The notes under the pieces are model-generated. The model did no database searches. It worked only from the letters and a program-made list of their open reading frames with translations, and had not been told where the DNA came from. Positions 7,499-15,779 of a stretch of DNA of 24,782 nucleotides are shown here, one piece after another. The first letter of the stretch is position 1, and every line of letters begins with the position of its first letter. Both the position numbers and the translations under genes were made by a program. Source of the stretch: Pseudomonadota bacterium (GTDB lineage Bacteria > UBA10199 > 2-02-FULL-44-16 > JAAZCA01); assembly GCA_043822785.1 (NCBI GenBank), contig JBDRBN010000022.1, forward strand, positions 1-24,782. The letters are read 5' to 3'.

Positions 7499-8864
7499 AT
7501 TCAAATATCTCCTTAAGCATTTCAATCGCCTCTTGAAGGCTTACCTTATCCTCTACCCCCTGCTTTAGGAAATTATTTACTTCCTCTATTTTCTCTATGG
7601 CGTAATCAACATTTGGATCGCTTCCCTCCTCATATGCGCCGATGAGGATAAGATCGCGCTCTTTCTCATAATTGGCCACAACCTCGCGCAGCTTGCCAGC
7701 AGCACTCTTGTGGTCGTCATCTATTATGGAATCCATCACACGGCTTATGCTCTCTGACACATCGATCGCTGGATATTGGTTGCGTGCAGCGAGCGCTCTG
7801 GAGAGAACTATGTGGCCGTCGAGAATTGATCGCGTCTCATCTGCCACAGGTTCGTTCATGTCATCGCCTGCAACGAGAATGGTATAGAATGCGGTTATCG
7901 ATCCTTTGTCTGAATTGCCGGATCTTTCGAGAAGGCGTGGAAGAGTGGAGAACACCGAAGGGGTATATCCTTGGCGCGCTGGTGGCTCCCCTACCGCAAG
8001 GCCCACCTCACGAAGCGCGCGCGCAAAGCGAGTTACAGAATCCATCATGAGTATGACCTTTTTGCCTTGGTCGCGAAAGTACTCGGCAATGGCAGTGGCC
8101 ACGTATGCAGCTTTGAGCCTGACCAAAGACGGTTGATCTGACGTCGAGACAACGACCACAGAGCGCGCAAGCCCCTCGGGCCCAAGATCGCGCTCTAAAA
8201 AGTCGCGCACTTCTCTTCCGCGCTCGCCTACCAAGCAGATGACATTTACCTCTGCTTCGGTGTTTCGTGCGATCATGCCTATGAGTGTGGATTTGCCCAC
8301 GCCGGCTGCAGAAAAGATACCTACGCGCTGACCCTCGCCTACTGTGAGCATGGAATCGATGGATTTGATGCCCACAGAAATGGGCTTTACCACCCGCTCC
8401 CTTTTCATGGCTTCTGGCGGATTTGCTGTAACAGGATATTCTATTAAACATTCGAGAGGGCCTTTATCCTCAGCATCGAGCGGATCGCCCATGCCATCGA
8501 GAATGCGGCCTAGGAGCTTTTCGCCCACTCTAACAGTTAGAGTATGGCTGGTAGGAATCACATCGTTGCCAAGGCCTATGCCCTCTAGCTCGCCTAAGGG
8601 CATGAGAAGAACTTCCTGGTCTTTGAAACCCACAACTTCTGCCTTTATCGGCGGCCGATTGTGATAGGGCACTATAAAACACAGCTCGCCAATTCTAACG
8701 CCAGGTACAACAGCGCGCACCACGATACCTGTGAGTTCCGTAACCTTGCCCTTGATGTTGTAGGTGGATACCGAGGAAAGCAGGTGATGGTATTTTGCAA
8801 AATCTACTATTGGTAGATCCGCTGATTTAGGAGATGAATTATTCTTTTTCTTCAAGTTGGTCAT
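7497..8864 (-). CDS. sctN: T3SS ATPase SctN (FliI/YscN family)
   Basis: Walker A FSAAGVGKST, VGERGREV, LMMDSVTRFARA, GEPPARQGY, RSILDGHIVL; start placed at MTNLKK (8864) because the 8915 start lies in a repeat. Confidence 0.97.
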   Translation of the reverse strand: MTNLKKKNNSSPKSADLPIVDFAKYHHLLSSVSTYNIKGKVTELTGIVVRAVVPGVRIGELCFIVPYHNRPPIKAEVVGFKDQEVLLMPLGELEGIGLGNDVIPTSHTLTVRVGEKLLGRILDGMGDPLDAEDKGPLECLIEYPVTANPPEAMKRERVVKPISVGIKSIDSMLTVGEGQRVGIFSAAGVGKSTLIGMIARNTEAEVNVICLVGERGREVRDFLERDLGPEGLARSVVVVSTSDQPSLVRLKAAYVATAIAEYFRDQGKKVILMMDSVTRFARALREVGLAVGEPPARQGYTPSVFSTLPRLLERSGNSDKGSITAFYTILVAGDDMNEPVADETRSILDGHIVLSRALAARNQYPAIDVSESISRVMDSIIDDDHKSAAGKLREVVANYEKERDLILIGAYEEGSDPNVDYAIEKIEEVNNFLKQGVEDKVSLQEAIEMLKEIFE

Positions 8865-8884
8865 TTTATGATCCGTGATAATAT

Positions 8885-8914
8885 GGAGATTGCTTCGCTT
8901 CGCTCGCAATGACA
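8885..8914. repeat. Half REP-like element (GTCATTGCGAG type)
   Basis: ggagattgcttcgcttcgctcgcaatgaca matches the right arm of 9646-9710. Confidence 0.75.
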
Positions 8915-8920
8915 TTCAAT

Positions 8921-8952
8921 CTGGTCACTGGTTACTGGTCACTGGTCACTGA
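8921..8952. repeat. Heptamer array, family A (single arm)
   Basis: ctggtca ctggtta ctggtca ctggtca ctga abutting the sctL stop. Confidence 0.85.
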
Positions 8953-9627
8953 TTATAATTCAAGCGCCTTTCTTATCGCTGCAAGCTGTGTATCTATCTG
9001 CGCATCGATAGTGCCGACTTCTGTTTCAACGATGCACCCTCCCCGTGTGATGGATTCGTCCTCCCTGAACATAAGCCTTCTTGTGCGATCAACCACATCC
9101 CGAAACTCGTGGTCGGCTTCCATGATCCTCTTGTAATCCTCAGGGTTGAGCTTGACCGTGATCCTGTCGCCAATTACCTTTTCAAGGGCCTGATGAACAA
9201 CGCTCCTTATCATATCCTGATTTTCCAGCACGATCCTGCCGATGACTTTCTCGGCAATGGACATGACCAGTTTCATAACCTGAGGTTCAGCCTCATTGTA
9301 AAAGCGCTCTTTAATACCCTCGACATTCAGGAGCTTCTCGGTGACTTGTGCAAGACCTTTTGATTCGCCCTCAGCATATCCTTTCTTTATCGCATCCTCC
9401 CGCTTGACCTCTGCATCTAGTAGCACTTTGCGAGATTCTTCTGTTATGCGCACCGCTTTAGCTTCAGCATCTCTGAGAATGCGGCCTGCCTCTTCGCTTG
9501 CATCAAGAACCTTCTTGTGAACGATGCCGCTGGAATCAACAATGAGATCTGCTGCACTCGCTCTAGTCTTTGGGGCAATGCCAGGTTTTTCTTTTAGCTC
9601 ACTCTTTTTTACGATCTTTCCTACCAT
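8953..9627 (-). CDS. sctL: SctL/FliH stator protein
   Basis: AIKKGYAEGESKG GxxxG repeats, IAEKVIG, ITVKLNPED, GGCIVETEVGTIDA; upstream of sctN. Confidence 0.93.
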   Translation of the reverse strand: MVGKIVKKSELKEKPGIAPKTRASAADLIVDSSGIVHKKVLDASEEAGRILRDAEAKAVRITEESRKVLLDAEVKREDAIKKGYAEGESKGLAQVTEKLLNVEGIKERFYNEAEPQVMKLVMSIAEKVIGRIVLENQDMIRSVVHQALEKVIGDRITVKLNPEDYKRIMEADHEFRDVVDRTRRLMFREDESITRGGCIVETEVGTIDAQIDTQLAAIRKALEL

Positions 9628-9645
9628 GGTTATCTCCGTATAGGT

Positions 9646-9710
9646 GTCATTGCGAGGAGCGAATGCAACGAAGCAATCTCCGGAGATTGCTTCGCTCCGC
9701 TCGCAATGAC
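9646..9710. repeat. REP-like palindrome (GTCATTGCGAG type)
   Basis: gtcattgcgag..cgaagcaatctc-cg-gagattgcttcg..ctcgcaatgac. Confidence 0.88.
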
Positions 9711-9742
9711 TTAATTGTTATACTCTAGCATCCATTACTTCT

Positions 9743-10801
9743 CTATTCTTCTTCAGTATCCTGCATCACAATCGAGGCAGTCTCTTCAGGTATAGGATTT
9801 TCATCCTTGCCAGCTGCTTCTTGATAGTCAGGAGAAAAACGCCTCCACTCAGCGCTTATTCGCCCATCTGATGCAAGCTGGGCAACAAGCCTTAATATAA
9901 GTGTCTGGCGCTCGGTAGCCACGGCCTCGTTGATCCTCCTTCTGCGTTCATCCATAAAGCGCTTGAGCAGATACCCATCCCCAGGCTCAAGCTTTTGCAT
10001 GAGAAGCTCGAGAAAAGGCTTATCGTTTTCTCCAGCAGCACAGGCAAGAGCCACAAGCCCAATTGAAAAGAGCATTCTTTCAGAGCCCTCATGCTGGCCT
10101 TCTATCTCTAGGAGATTGAATCGGGCCTGTCTATATAGCTCTGTGGATATGCGTTTCATCCCATCGATGTAGCGCTTAAGCCTTTTTGCATCCTTGAGAT
10201 CAAGGCGATTGAAGATCATATGCAACGCCTTTTGCGACATGCCTGAGAGGGCGATGGCCATCTCCCAAAGGCCTATGTCGCGAACTAGCTCAGAAAGCTC
10301 TTCGCGCCTTAGGAAATAAAGGTACTCAAAGCCAGGATGCACCACCAAGCGGCTTACACGCATGGGCTTGAAGTTAGCCTCGAAGCGCCTTCTGATAACT
10401 TCGAGCACCATTGGATCAACAGCAAAGGACTCGACCATATTCGGTATGCGCTCGCGCAGCATGGGCGGAAGATGTTCAAGAAGATATCTAACGTGATTTG
10501 AAGGCAATGAGCGAAGGATGAGGCCTACCACCCGTGGGGGCTCAGCCTTGAGTGCTTCAAGTATCCAGGCTGGATGAACCTCAGCTAAGGAACTGAAACG
10601 CTCTGATGCCACCATCTGCCTTATCATCTGCTCAAGGGCTTGATCTCGATCAACCTGTTTTTCAAAGCGCTCTATTAAGTCTTCACAAGCGCTGCTTTCG
10701 CGCTCTGACATATAGTCTAACAGGGACTTAGCGTTTTCGCCGTCCCTGCGAACCGCCAGAGCTGAAAATGCCCTGCGCCTTATGTTGGATTGTAAACTCA
10801 T
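9743..10801 (-). CDS. SctK-like / FliG-related sorting-platform protein
   Basis: EVHPAWI (compare the HPSW motif of SctK family proteins) and LKAEPPRVVGLILRSLP (FliG-middle-like E.P..IA.IL); occupies the sctK position upstream of sctL. Confidence 0.55.
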   Translation of the reverse strand: MSLQSNIRRRAFSALAVRRDGENAKSLLDYMSERESSACEDLIERFEKQVDRDQALEQMIRQMVASERFSSLAEVHPAWILEALKAEPPRVVGLILRSLPSNHVRYLLEHLPPMLRERIPNMVESFAVDPMVLEVIRRRFEANFKPMRVSRLVVHPGFEYLYFLRREELSELVRDIGLWEMAIALSGMSQKALHMIFNRLDLKDAKRLKRYIDGMKRISTELYRQARFNLLEIEGQHEGSERMLFSIGLVALACAAGENDKPFLELLMQKLEPGDGYLLKRFMDERRRRINEAVATERQTLILRLVAQLASDGRISAEWRRFSPDYQEAAGKDENPIPEETASIVMQDTEEE

Positions 10802-10807
10802 AATAAT

Positions 10808-10833
10808 AAAAGGGGGATGCTAAGCATCCCCCC
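10808..10833 (-). terminator. GC-rich hairpin plus short U-tract between sctI-like and sctK-like genes
   Basis: Minus strand GGGGGATGC-TTA-GCATCCCCC-TTTT. Confidence 0.55.
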
Positions 10834-10871
10834 TATTATAGCGAACTCCATATTTTATACAACAGCTGCTA

Positions 10872-11369
10872 CTACTGGACTTGTGTATTGAGCACGGACT
10901 TGACTGACGAGACGCCCTGTTCGGCAACCTTCACCGTAAGCTCAGTCATTTGGGCAAAATGAAAGACATGGGCCTGGATTACCAAAAGCTCCTGATTAGA
11001 GAACTTCTTGCCACTGTAAAGTATGTGGTTTACCAGGCTATCCATCTGCATTTGCCCCTTGTTGACCTCACCCAGCATATCCAGAACCTTTTCCGAGGCC
11101 TCGGGCTTGCCTATTTCAGTAACCTTATCGGTAGGCGTAAAGTCTACAGCATCGCCTTCTAGCGTCTGCATGTGTGCTGTTGGCGAAATATCCTGCTCGC
11201 CCGCAAGCCCCATATCCTTGGCAAAATCTGCGCCGCTGTCTATTTCTTTTATGATATCGGAAAAGCTCTTGCCATGCTGCCCTGTAGCATTGGCAATGCC
11301 TTCTGAATTGGAAACCGCCTTACCAAGCGCGCCACTGTTAAGCCCACTGATGACTGCCTCGATAGCCAT
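10872..11369 (-). CDS. SctI-like inner-rod protein
   Basis: C-terminus SNQELLVIQAHV...ELTVKVAEQGVSSVKSVLNTQVQ resembles the YscI/HrpB C-terminal helix; low-complexity N-terminus. Confidence 0.6.
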   Translation of the reverse strand: MAIEAVISGLNSGALGKAVSNSEGIANATGQHGKSFSDIIKEIDSGADFAKDMGLAGEQDISPTAHMQTLEGDAVDFTPTDKVTEIGKPEASEKVLDMLGEVNKGQMQMDSLVNHILYSGKKFSNQELLVIQAHVFHFAQMTELTVKVAEQGVSSVKSVLNTQVQ

Positions 11370-11371
11370 AA

Positions 11372-12235
11372 TTACTCCTCTTCGCCCCCGTCATCTTCGT
11401 TTTTATTTAATGCGCGGTTGCGTATCCGCTTAAACAAAAGCGAAAGCGCCCGGCCGTGAAGCCTTGATGTCCATGATTTTGACAATCCCAACTTTTCTCC
11501 TACTTCCTCCAGAGTCTTATTCTGAAAGTAATACATCATGATGAGCTGTTTCTCCTTCTCTGGAAGCGTGCCTATTGCATCGCGCATGTGCTTTCTTATC
11601 TGCATGAACTCGGTGCGCTGTTCTACGCTTGCTGAATCAGTATCCTTGACTTCAAGATCCTCTGAAGCATCCAGCGAAATTATGTAAATAGATGCCAGGC
11701 TGTTTACCGTCTCTGTTACTGAATTCTCCTCAACCTTATCTTGTGTCGCATAGTGTGACTGCTCACGAACCGAACCCAATGACCTGTTCTGGAGATATTC
11801 GTTTGCAGCCTCCTCAAACTTTATCTTGGCATACAGCGTGCGCGGCAGCCAACCACTGCGCCTTAATCCATCGTAAATCGCACCCTTGATGCGATAATAA
11901 GCAAACGTGCGAAAATCCACTTCCTGATCATTATCAAAGCGCTTTGCTGCTTCCAAAAGACCTAGGCGCGCGTTGCATAGCACTTCATCATAATCAACCG
12001 AAGAGGAAAGGCTTTGACAGACTCGCGATGCAATAGATGCGGCATAAGGCATGTACTGGCTTATGAGCACGTCGCGCTCCTTGAGCTTTTTAAGCTCGGC
12101 CTTAGAGATCTTTGCATTGCTGTACTTGGCTTGCTGCGCTGCTTGTTCTGCCTCGGCCTTCGCTTTAATTCTGGCCTTGGATTCGAGGTCCTTCCGCGTC
12201 AGCTTCTTGTCCTGGTTTAGCGCGGTTTTAGCCAT
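11372..12235 (-). CDS. fliA: FliA/WhiG (sigma-28) family RNA polymerase sigma factor
   Basis: LGLLEAAKRFD..FRTFAYYRIKGAIYDGLRR (region 2), IISLD, LPEKEKQLIMMYY..TLEEVGEKLGLSKSWTSRLH (region 4); ~50-aa K/A-rich N-terminal extension. Confidence 0.88.
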   Translation of the reverse strand: MAKTALNQDKKLTRKDLESKARIKAKAEAEQAAQQAKYSNAKISKAELKKLKERDVLISQYMPYAASIASRVCQSLSSSVDYDEVLCNARLGLLEAAKRFDNDQEVDFRTFAYYRIKGAIYDGLRRSGWLPRTLYAKIKFEEAANEYLQNRSLGSVREQSHYATQDKVEENSVTETVNSLASIYIISLDASEDLEVKDTDSASVEQRTEFMQIRKHMRDAIGTLPEKEKQLIMMYYFQNKTLEEVGEKLGLSKSWTSRLHGRALSLLFKRIRNRALNKNEDDGGEEE

Positions 12236-12273
12236 TAGTCCCCCTTTTTCTTCACTAGGTCGCTCATCTTATT

Positions 12274-12289
12274 TGCAGAAACTATGCCA
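12274..12289 (-). promoter_or_regulatory. Sigma-54 (-24/-12) promoter upstream of the sigma gene and structural operon
   Basis: Minus strand TGGCATAGTTTCTGCA with GG-N10-GC spacing, 39 nt upstream of the ATG. Confidence 0.6.
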
Positions 12290-12430
12290 TGGGGTCAGGG
12301 GTAGGGATGTTTTGCTAACTTGTTGTATTTACGATGTTATTTCTAGTTGGGTCATATCAGACGGAGCAAGCTGGATTGGGAAAACGGGCATCATAGGGGA
12401 CAATTGTGGGGGGTAAAAACCCCAATTTAG

Positions 12431-12463
12431 AAACTCCAAATTCCAAGCACCAAATTCCAAATC
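12431..12463. repeat. Heptamer array, family C (AATTCCA)
   Basis: aactcca aattcca agcacca aattcca; nearly identical to the reverse complement of 20244-20271. Confidence 0.7.
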
Positions 12464-12484
12464 AGGCGAGACCAGTGACAAGCA

Positions 12485-12511
12485 CAAAAAAGGCACCCAC
12501 GAGAGGTGCCT
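12485..12511 (-). terminator. Rho-independent terminator
   Basis: Minus strand AGGCACC-tctcgtg-GGTGCCT-TTTTT, 25 nt after the stop of the 12536-12919 gene. Confidence 0.75.
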
Positions 12512-12535
12512 GGTTGGTCTTTATATCTTTCTATC

Positions 12536-12919
12536 TTATGCAATTTTCTCTATATTTTCTGCACATACTTTACCGATCCAGGACTTCGCATCTTCAGCTT
12601 CTTTACCAACTAGTCCAACATCAGATACGGCTCTGTCAATTGCTTCCTTTATCTTCGGATTACCGAGACTTCTGCATGCGCGCTTGGCTACAGCATCCTC
12701 ATCAGCTTCAATCTTTTTGAACATGTTTTTAAACATGCCGCCCACGTGGTTGCGTGCAACGATACTTTTAGGAGCAGAAGTGCTTTGATTATGTCTCGCA
12801 GAATCGAGCTTATGCTGAAAACTGTCAGTGCTCTCTGGTAAAGTAGTGGTTCTCTTCTGAGGCTCTAGATCCCTACGCCCTTTTGGCATCAAAACTATAT
12901 TATCGATTTTAGCAAACAT
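12536..12919 (-). CDS. Hypothetical protein, candidate T3SS substrate
   Basis: 127 aa, GGAGG RBS, S/T/P-rich N-terminal half and helical C-terminus; co-oriented with 12939-13361. Confidence 0.65.
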   Translation of the reverse strand: MFAKIDNIVLMPKGRRDLEPQKRTTTLPESTDSFQHKLDSARHNQSTSAPKSIVARNHVGGMFKNMFKKIEADEDAVAKRACRSLGNPKIKEAIDRAVSDVGLVGKEAEDAKSWIGKVCAENIEKIA

Positions 12920-12938
12920 CTTGCCTCCGTGAGGAAGT

Positions 12939-13361
12939 TTACAGGGTGTGCGCCATATCGTTCATTGACACATTGCGGGCACCTAAAACCTGCATTACCT
13001 GCTGATCCCTTGCCGAAATATCAAATGAAGCAGGTCTTGGACCCATTCCATCGATCTCAAGGCCAGGAAAAGATGCTTGCTGGGGCCTTTCGTTCTGCGC
13101 TTTTTCTGCTGCACGGGCATATGCGCGTCCTTGCATTTGATCGCCGATCGCGCTCATTCCGTACATACCCGCAGCACCGATAGCTGCTGGCGGAAAGATA
13201 AATGACAGCGGCATAGCTATGCCGCCCAGGATCTTGCCAATTCCAGACAGAAACCGGCCAAACGCGCCCGGGCGCTTTTTCTCACGCTCGTGCACATTTT
13301 GCCCCTGTACCATACGCATTTCATATCTTACTAAATCTGGCTTAACTGTATTAATCGACAC
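12939..13361 (-). CDS. Hypothetical T3SS-associated protein with amphipathic/hydrophobic Gly-rich hairpin (candidate translocator or pore former)
   Basis: GTG start with GAGGTGA RBS; GAFGRFLSGIGKILGGIAMPLSFIFPPAAIGAAGMYGMSAIG; no Sec signal peptide. Confidence 0.7.
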   Translation of the reverse strand: MSINTVKPDLVRYEMRMVQGQNVHEREKKRPGAFGRFLSGIGKILGGIAMPLSFIFPPAAIGAAGMYGMSAIGDQMQGRAYARAAEKAQNERPQQASFPGLEIDGMGPRPASFDISARDQQVMQVLGARNVSMNDMAHTL

Positions 13362-13397
13362 GTCTCACCTCGCAGTAGTCAAATTTTCCTCATAAGT

Positions 13398-13427
13398 ATT
13401 ATCGGATCAGCACTACCCCGAAGTTGC
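13398..13427 (-). promoter_or_regulatory. Sigma-28-like promoter GCAACTT-N15-CCGATAAT
   Basis: Minus strand GCAACTT cggggtagtgctgat CCGATAAT; both boxes and the spacing recur at 15780-15809. Confidence 0.75.
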
Positions 13428-13486
13428 TTCGTAGGCATAAAAAAATATATTAAATTTAACCAATGATATCAACGTATTAGGTGTGA

Positions 13487-13587
13487 GCAAGCAACGCAAG
13501 AAACGCAAAAAAGGCAAAAAAGGCGCGAAAGTTAAGTAATGTTTTTAACGTTTCTCGCCTTTCTCGCATGTCTCGCTTTTCTCGCGA
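13487..13587. repeat. Inverted nonamer array, family B
   Basis: gcaagcaac gcaagaaac gcaaaaaag gcaaaaaag ... gtttctcgc ctttctcgc atgtctcgc ttttctcgc, next to the sctJ stop. Confidence 0.85.
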
Positions 13588-13589
13588 AT

Positions 13590-14549
13590 TTACAATTCAT
13601 CCTCTGGCGGTGGGCCTTCTTCAAGCCGCGGTGGCCCCTCATGGAGCAGTTCCCCTTCAATAGCCCGATGTTCCCCAGCCGGACCCTGCAAAGCTGCAAG
13701 AGTTCTGCGCATCCGGCTACCCTGCACAATAACGATGATAAGAGTTGCTGATAACACAATTAGTATGATGAAAAAAATGAGCAGATAGATCTTAAGCCTA
13801 TCCTTTGATTCAGCATCAAGGCTAAGCCCAATCAGCTTGTACTCCACTGCTGGCGGCGGCCCTGCAGTAGGCTCACCTAGGCTTGGCTTGGCCGTGCCCA
13901 GCGTGCGCACATCGCCCAGACGGAGAGCTCCTTCAACAGGCAGATAGCTTATGACCACTGTGACATCGCGAGGATTCATTCCCTCAATTGCGTTTGCGAC
14001 AAACTGCTGAATCTTTGGCTCACTAATTGGTGAAGCGCCCGATGGATCAGGCTTAACCCGCACAACCGCAGAAGCTGTGGGGCGCTGCTGGTGTTGGGCT
14101 TCAGCGCCTGCAAACTCATCCCTCACAGGGACGTTGAGAACTACGTCAGCATCTACCACCTGGGGAATGCGCCTTAAGGAATTTATTATTTCACCTTTGA
14201 GAGCCAACAGATAGCGTGCCTTTTGTTCATCGGGCGTGGGAATTAGGCCTTTATCCTTATACACACCCGTTAGGCCAAGCTCCTTTCGATGTGGAAGGTT
14301 GTGCTGCAAAAGAAGGGAGCGGGCCTTAACCATATCGGATTCCCTTACCTCAATGGTATAGAAGACCTCGTTTTGCCTTATCTCCTTTTTCTTGTTAGGC
14401 TTTATGCCGTTCTCAGAAAGAAGAACCAGGATCTCGTTTGCATCTTCCTCTGAGAGGTTCTGATACAGCTCCACACCTCCACAGCCTGCTGCAAATATGG
14501 CAACAACAACGACTACAAATACCAAACGCGATAGATAAAATCGCCTCAT
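13590..14549 (-). CDS. sctJ: T3SS inner-membrane ring lipoprotein SctJ (YscJ/PrgK family)
   Basis: Lipobox AAGC, ELYQNLSEEDANEILVLL, GLIPTPDEQKARY, PTASAVV, C-terminal TM; length (319 aa) fits SctJ, not FliF. Confidence 0.95.
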   Translation of the reverse strand: MRRFYLSRLVFVVVVVAIFAAGCGGVELYQNLSEEDANEILVLLSENGIKPNKKKEIRQNEVFYTIEVRESDMVKARSLLLQHNLPHRKELGLTGVYKDKGLIPTPDEQKARYLLALKGEIINSLRRIPQVVDADVVLNVPVRDEFAGAEAQHQQRPTASAVVRVKPDPSGASPISEPKIQQFVANAIEGMNPRDVTVVISYLPVEGALRLGDVRTLGTAKPSLGEPTAGPPPAVEYKLIGLSLDAESKDRLKIYLLIFFIILIVLSATLIIVIVQGSRMRRTLAALQGPAGEHRAIEGELLHEGPPRLEEGPPPEDEL

Positions 14550-14968
14550 TGTTTCTTACCTCCCTTTCCCCCCTTTGGCGCTGGTGGTTCAAAACCAGCT
14601 TTTATCGCATCGAGCAGGGCAGTTGCAAAATCACCTGCTCCGCCTTTGTCGGTTTTTGCCACTTCTTTGAGAAGGTCTGTGCCTTCATCCTTCTTGCCTG
14701 CAAAAAAGAGGGCCTCTCCCAGATAGACCTTAGCAAAGATGCTATCAGGATCGATCTTTAAGGCTTGGCGATAACGCTTGATGGCCTGCTGTACCTTATT
14801 CTCGCAAAAATCCACATTGGCGATAGCAACCAGAGGCACCTCGCTCTCTGGTGCCAGCACAGAGAGCCCTTCGAAGACCTCTCTGGCCTCCTTGAACCTG
14901 CGCATACCCAGATATACGTAACCTGCCTCCATCATGGCTTGTAGATATTTGCGATCGAGTTCAATCAT
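14546..14968 (-). CDS. TPR-type T3SS chaperone (SycD/LcrH- or YscG/CdsG-like)
   Basis: 140 aa, ~3 TPRs (MEAGYVYLGMRRFKEAREVFEGL, YRQALKIDPDSIFAKVYLGEALF); overlaps the sctJ start (ATGA). Confidence 0.75.
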   Translation of the reverse strand: MIELDRKYLQAMMEAGYVYLGMRRFKEAREVFEGLSVLAPESEVPLVAIANVDFCENKVQQAIKRYRQALKIDPDSIFAKVYLGEALFFAGKKDEGTDLLKEVAKTDKGGAGDFATALLDAIKAGFEPPAPKGGKGGKKQ

Positions 14969-14978
14969 GAATACCCCC

Positions 14979-15087
14979 GTGACCAGTAACCAGTGATCAG
15001 TGACCAGTGACCAGTGATCAGTGACCAGTGACCAGTTTTTAGATACAAGGTTTTACTGGTAATTGGTAACTGATTACTGGTAACTGA
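14979..15087. repeat. Inverted heptamer array, family A
   Basis: ~8 GTGACCA-type units at 14979-15036, a short spacer, then actggta attggta actgatt actggta actg. Confidence 0.9.
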
Positions 15088-15125
15088 AAAAAGACCGCGG
15101 ACTGCATTCTATGCAATCCGCGGTG
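15087..15125 (-). terminator. Rho-independent terminator
   Basis: Minus strand ACCGCGGATTGCAT-aga-ATGCAGTCCGCGGT-CTTTTTT downstream of the 15245-15748 gene. Confidence 0.7.
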
Positions 15126-15168
15126 ATTTTCCAACCTTATTTGAGGGGGCGGAGTATTTGCCGACCCC

Positions 15169-15230
15169 TCATCCTGAGCGAAAACGAGCACCCAGCATTT
15201 GCTGGGTGCTCGGTGAAGTCGAAGGATCTC
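15169..15230. repeat. REP-like half element (TCATCCTGAGCG..GAAGGATC) with nested hairpin
   Basis: Same ends as the left arm of 3958-4039; internal perfect cgagcacccagca-tt-tgctgggtgctcg. Confidence 0.7.
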
Positions 15231-15244
15231 ATCAGTTCTTAGTA

Positions 15245-15748
15245 TTAGCCTCTGGCTGTGAACTTCTCGATCATGGCCATACGGGCGCGATGATCCGCAG
15301 ATAAAATGTTAGACTTCGTGTTCCAGCCCTGCATATTGCTCTGCATGGTGGCCTGTAGTTCTAAGAGCTGGAGATTGTTTTGGTTCATGGTGTTGATCAT
15401 GTCCATCTGGCTAAAGCCTTCAGTGCCTGGAACGACCGCAGCGTTCGGATCTAGGGTTCCTATGCTGCCTGTAGAAGCAAATTGGGCACCAGCACCATAG
15501 CCACCAGCAAATGAAGGTGTTGCACCTCCAAGTGTCTGGGCGCCAGACGAGATGCCTGAAAAAGCCGCAGCCAGAACTGCAGAGGAATTGCCACTGCCAT
15601 ACATCTGAGAGCTTGTGGTTGCCGTAGGGCCCATAGCGCTCACCGCATCCAGCATGACGTCAAAATCACCTCCGCCCATGCCCTTTACCTTAGATGCCTT
15701 AGGTTTTGCGTTGCCCTTAAAAAGATCTTGTAGTTTTTCAACAGTCAT
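15245..15748 (-). CDS. Candidate needle/filament subunit (SctF-like C-terminus)
   Basis: Start MTVEKLQ at 15748 (GGAGGAG RBS); Gly/Ser/Ala-rich middle; C-terminus NLQLLELQATMQSNMQGWNTKSNILSADHRARMAMIEKF resembles needle-subunit C-terminal helices; next to a TPR chaperone. Confidence 0.55.
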   Translation of the reverse strand: MTVEKLQDLFKGNAKPKASKVKGMGGGDFDVMLDAVSAMGPTATTSSQMYGSGNSSAVLAAAFSGISSGAQTLGGATPSFAGGYGAGAQFASTGSIGTLDPNAAVVPGTEGFSQMDMINTMNQNNLQLLELQATMQSNMQGWNTKSNILSADHRARMAMIEKFTARG

Positions 15749-15779
15749 TTCTCTCCTCCGGATTTTTGCCTTCACACCT

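Noticed and set aside
8865..8915. SctN N-terminus MSLRAKRSNL from the ORF track
   Set aside because: This is the translated REP-like half element; a downstream start is more plausible
1719..14549. Ordinary flagellar operon
   Set aside because: SctJ lipoprotein instead of FliF; SctI-like and TPR chaperone genes present; no flg/fliC/mot genes
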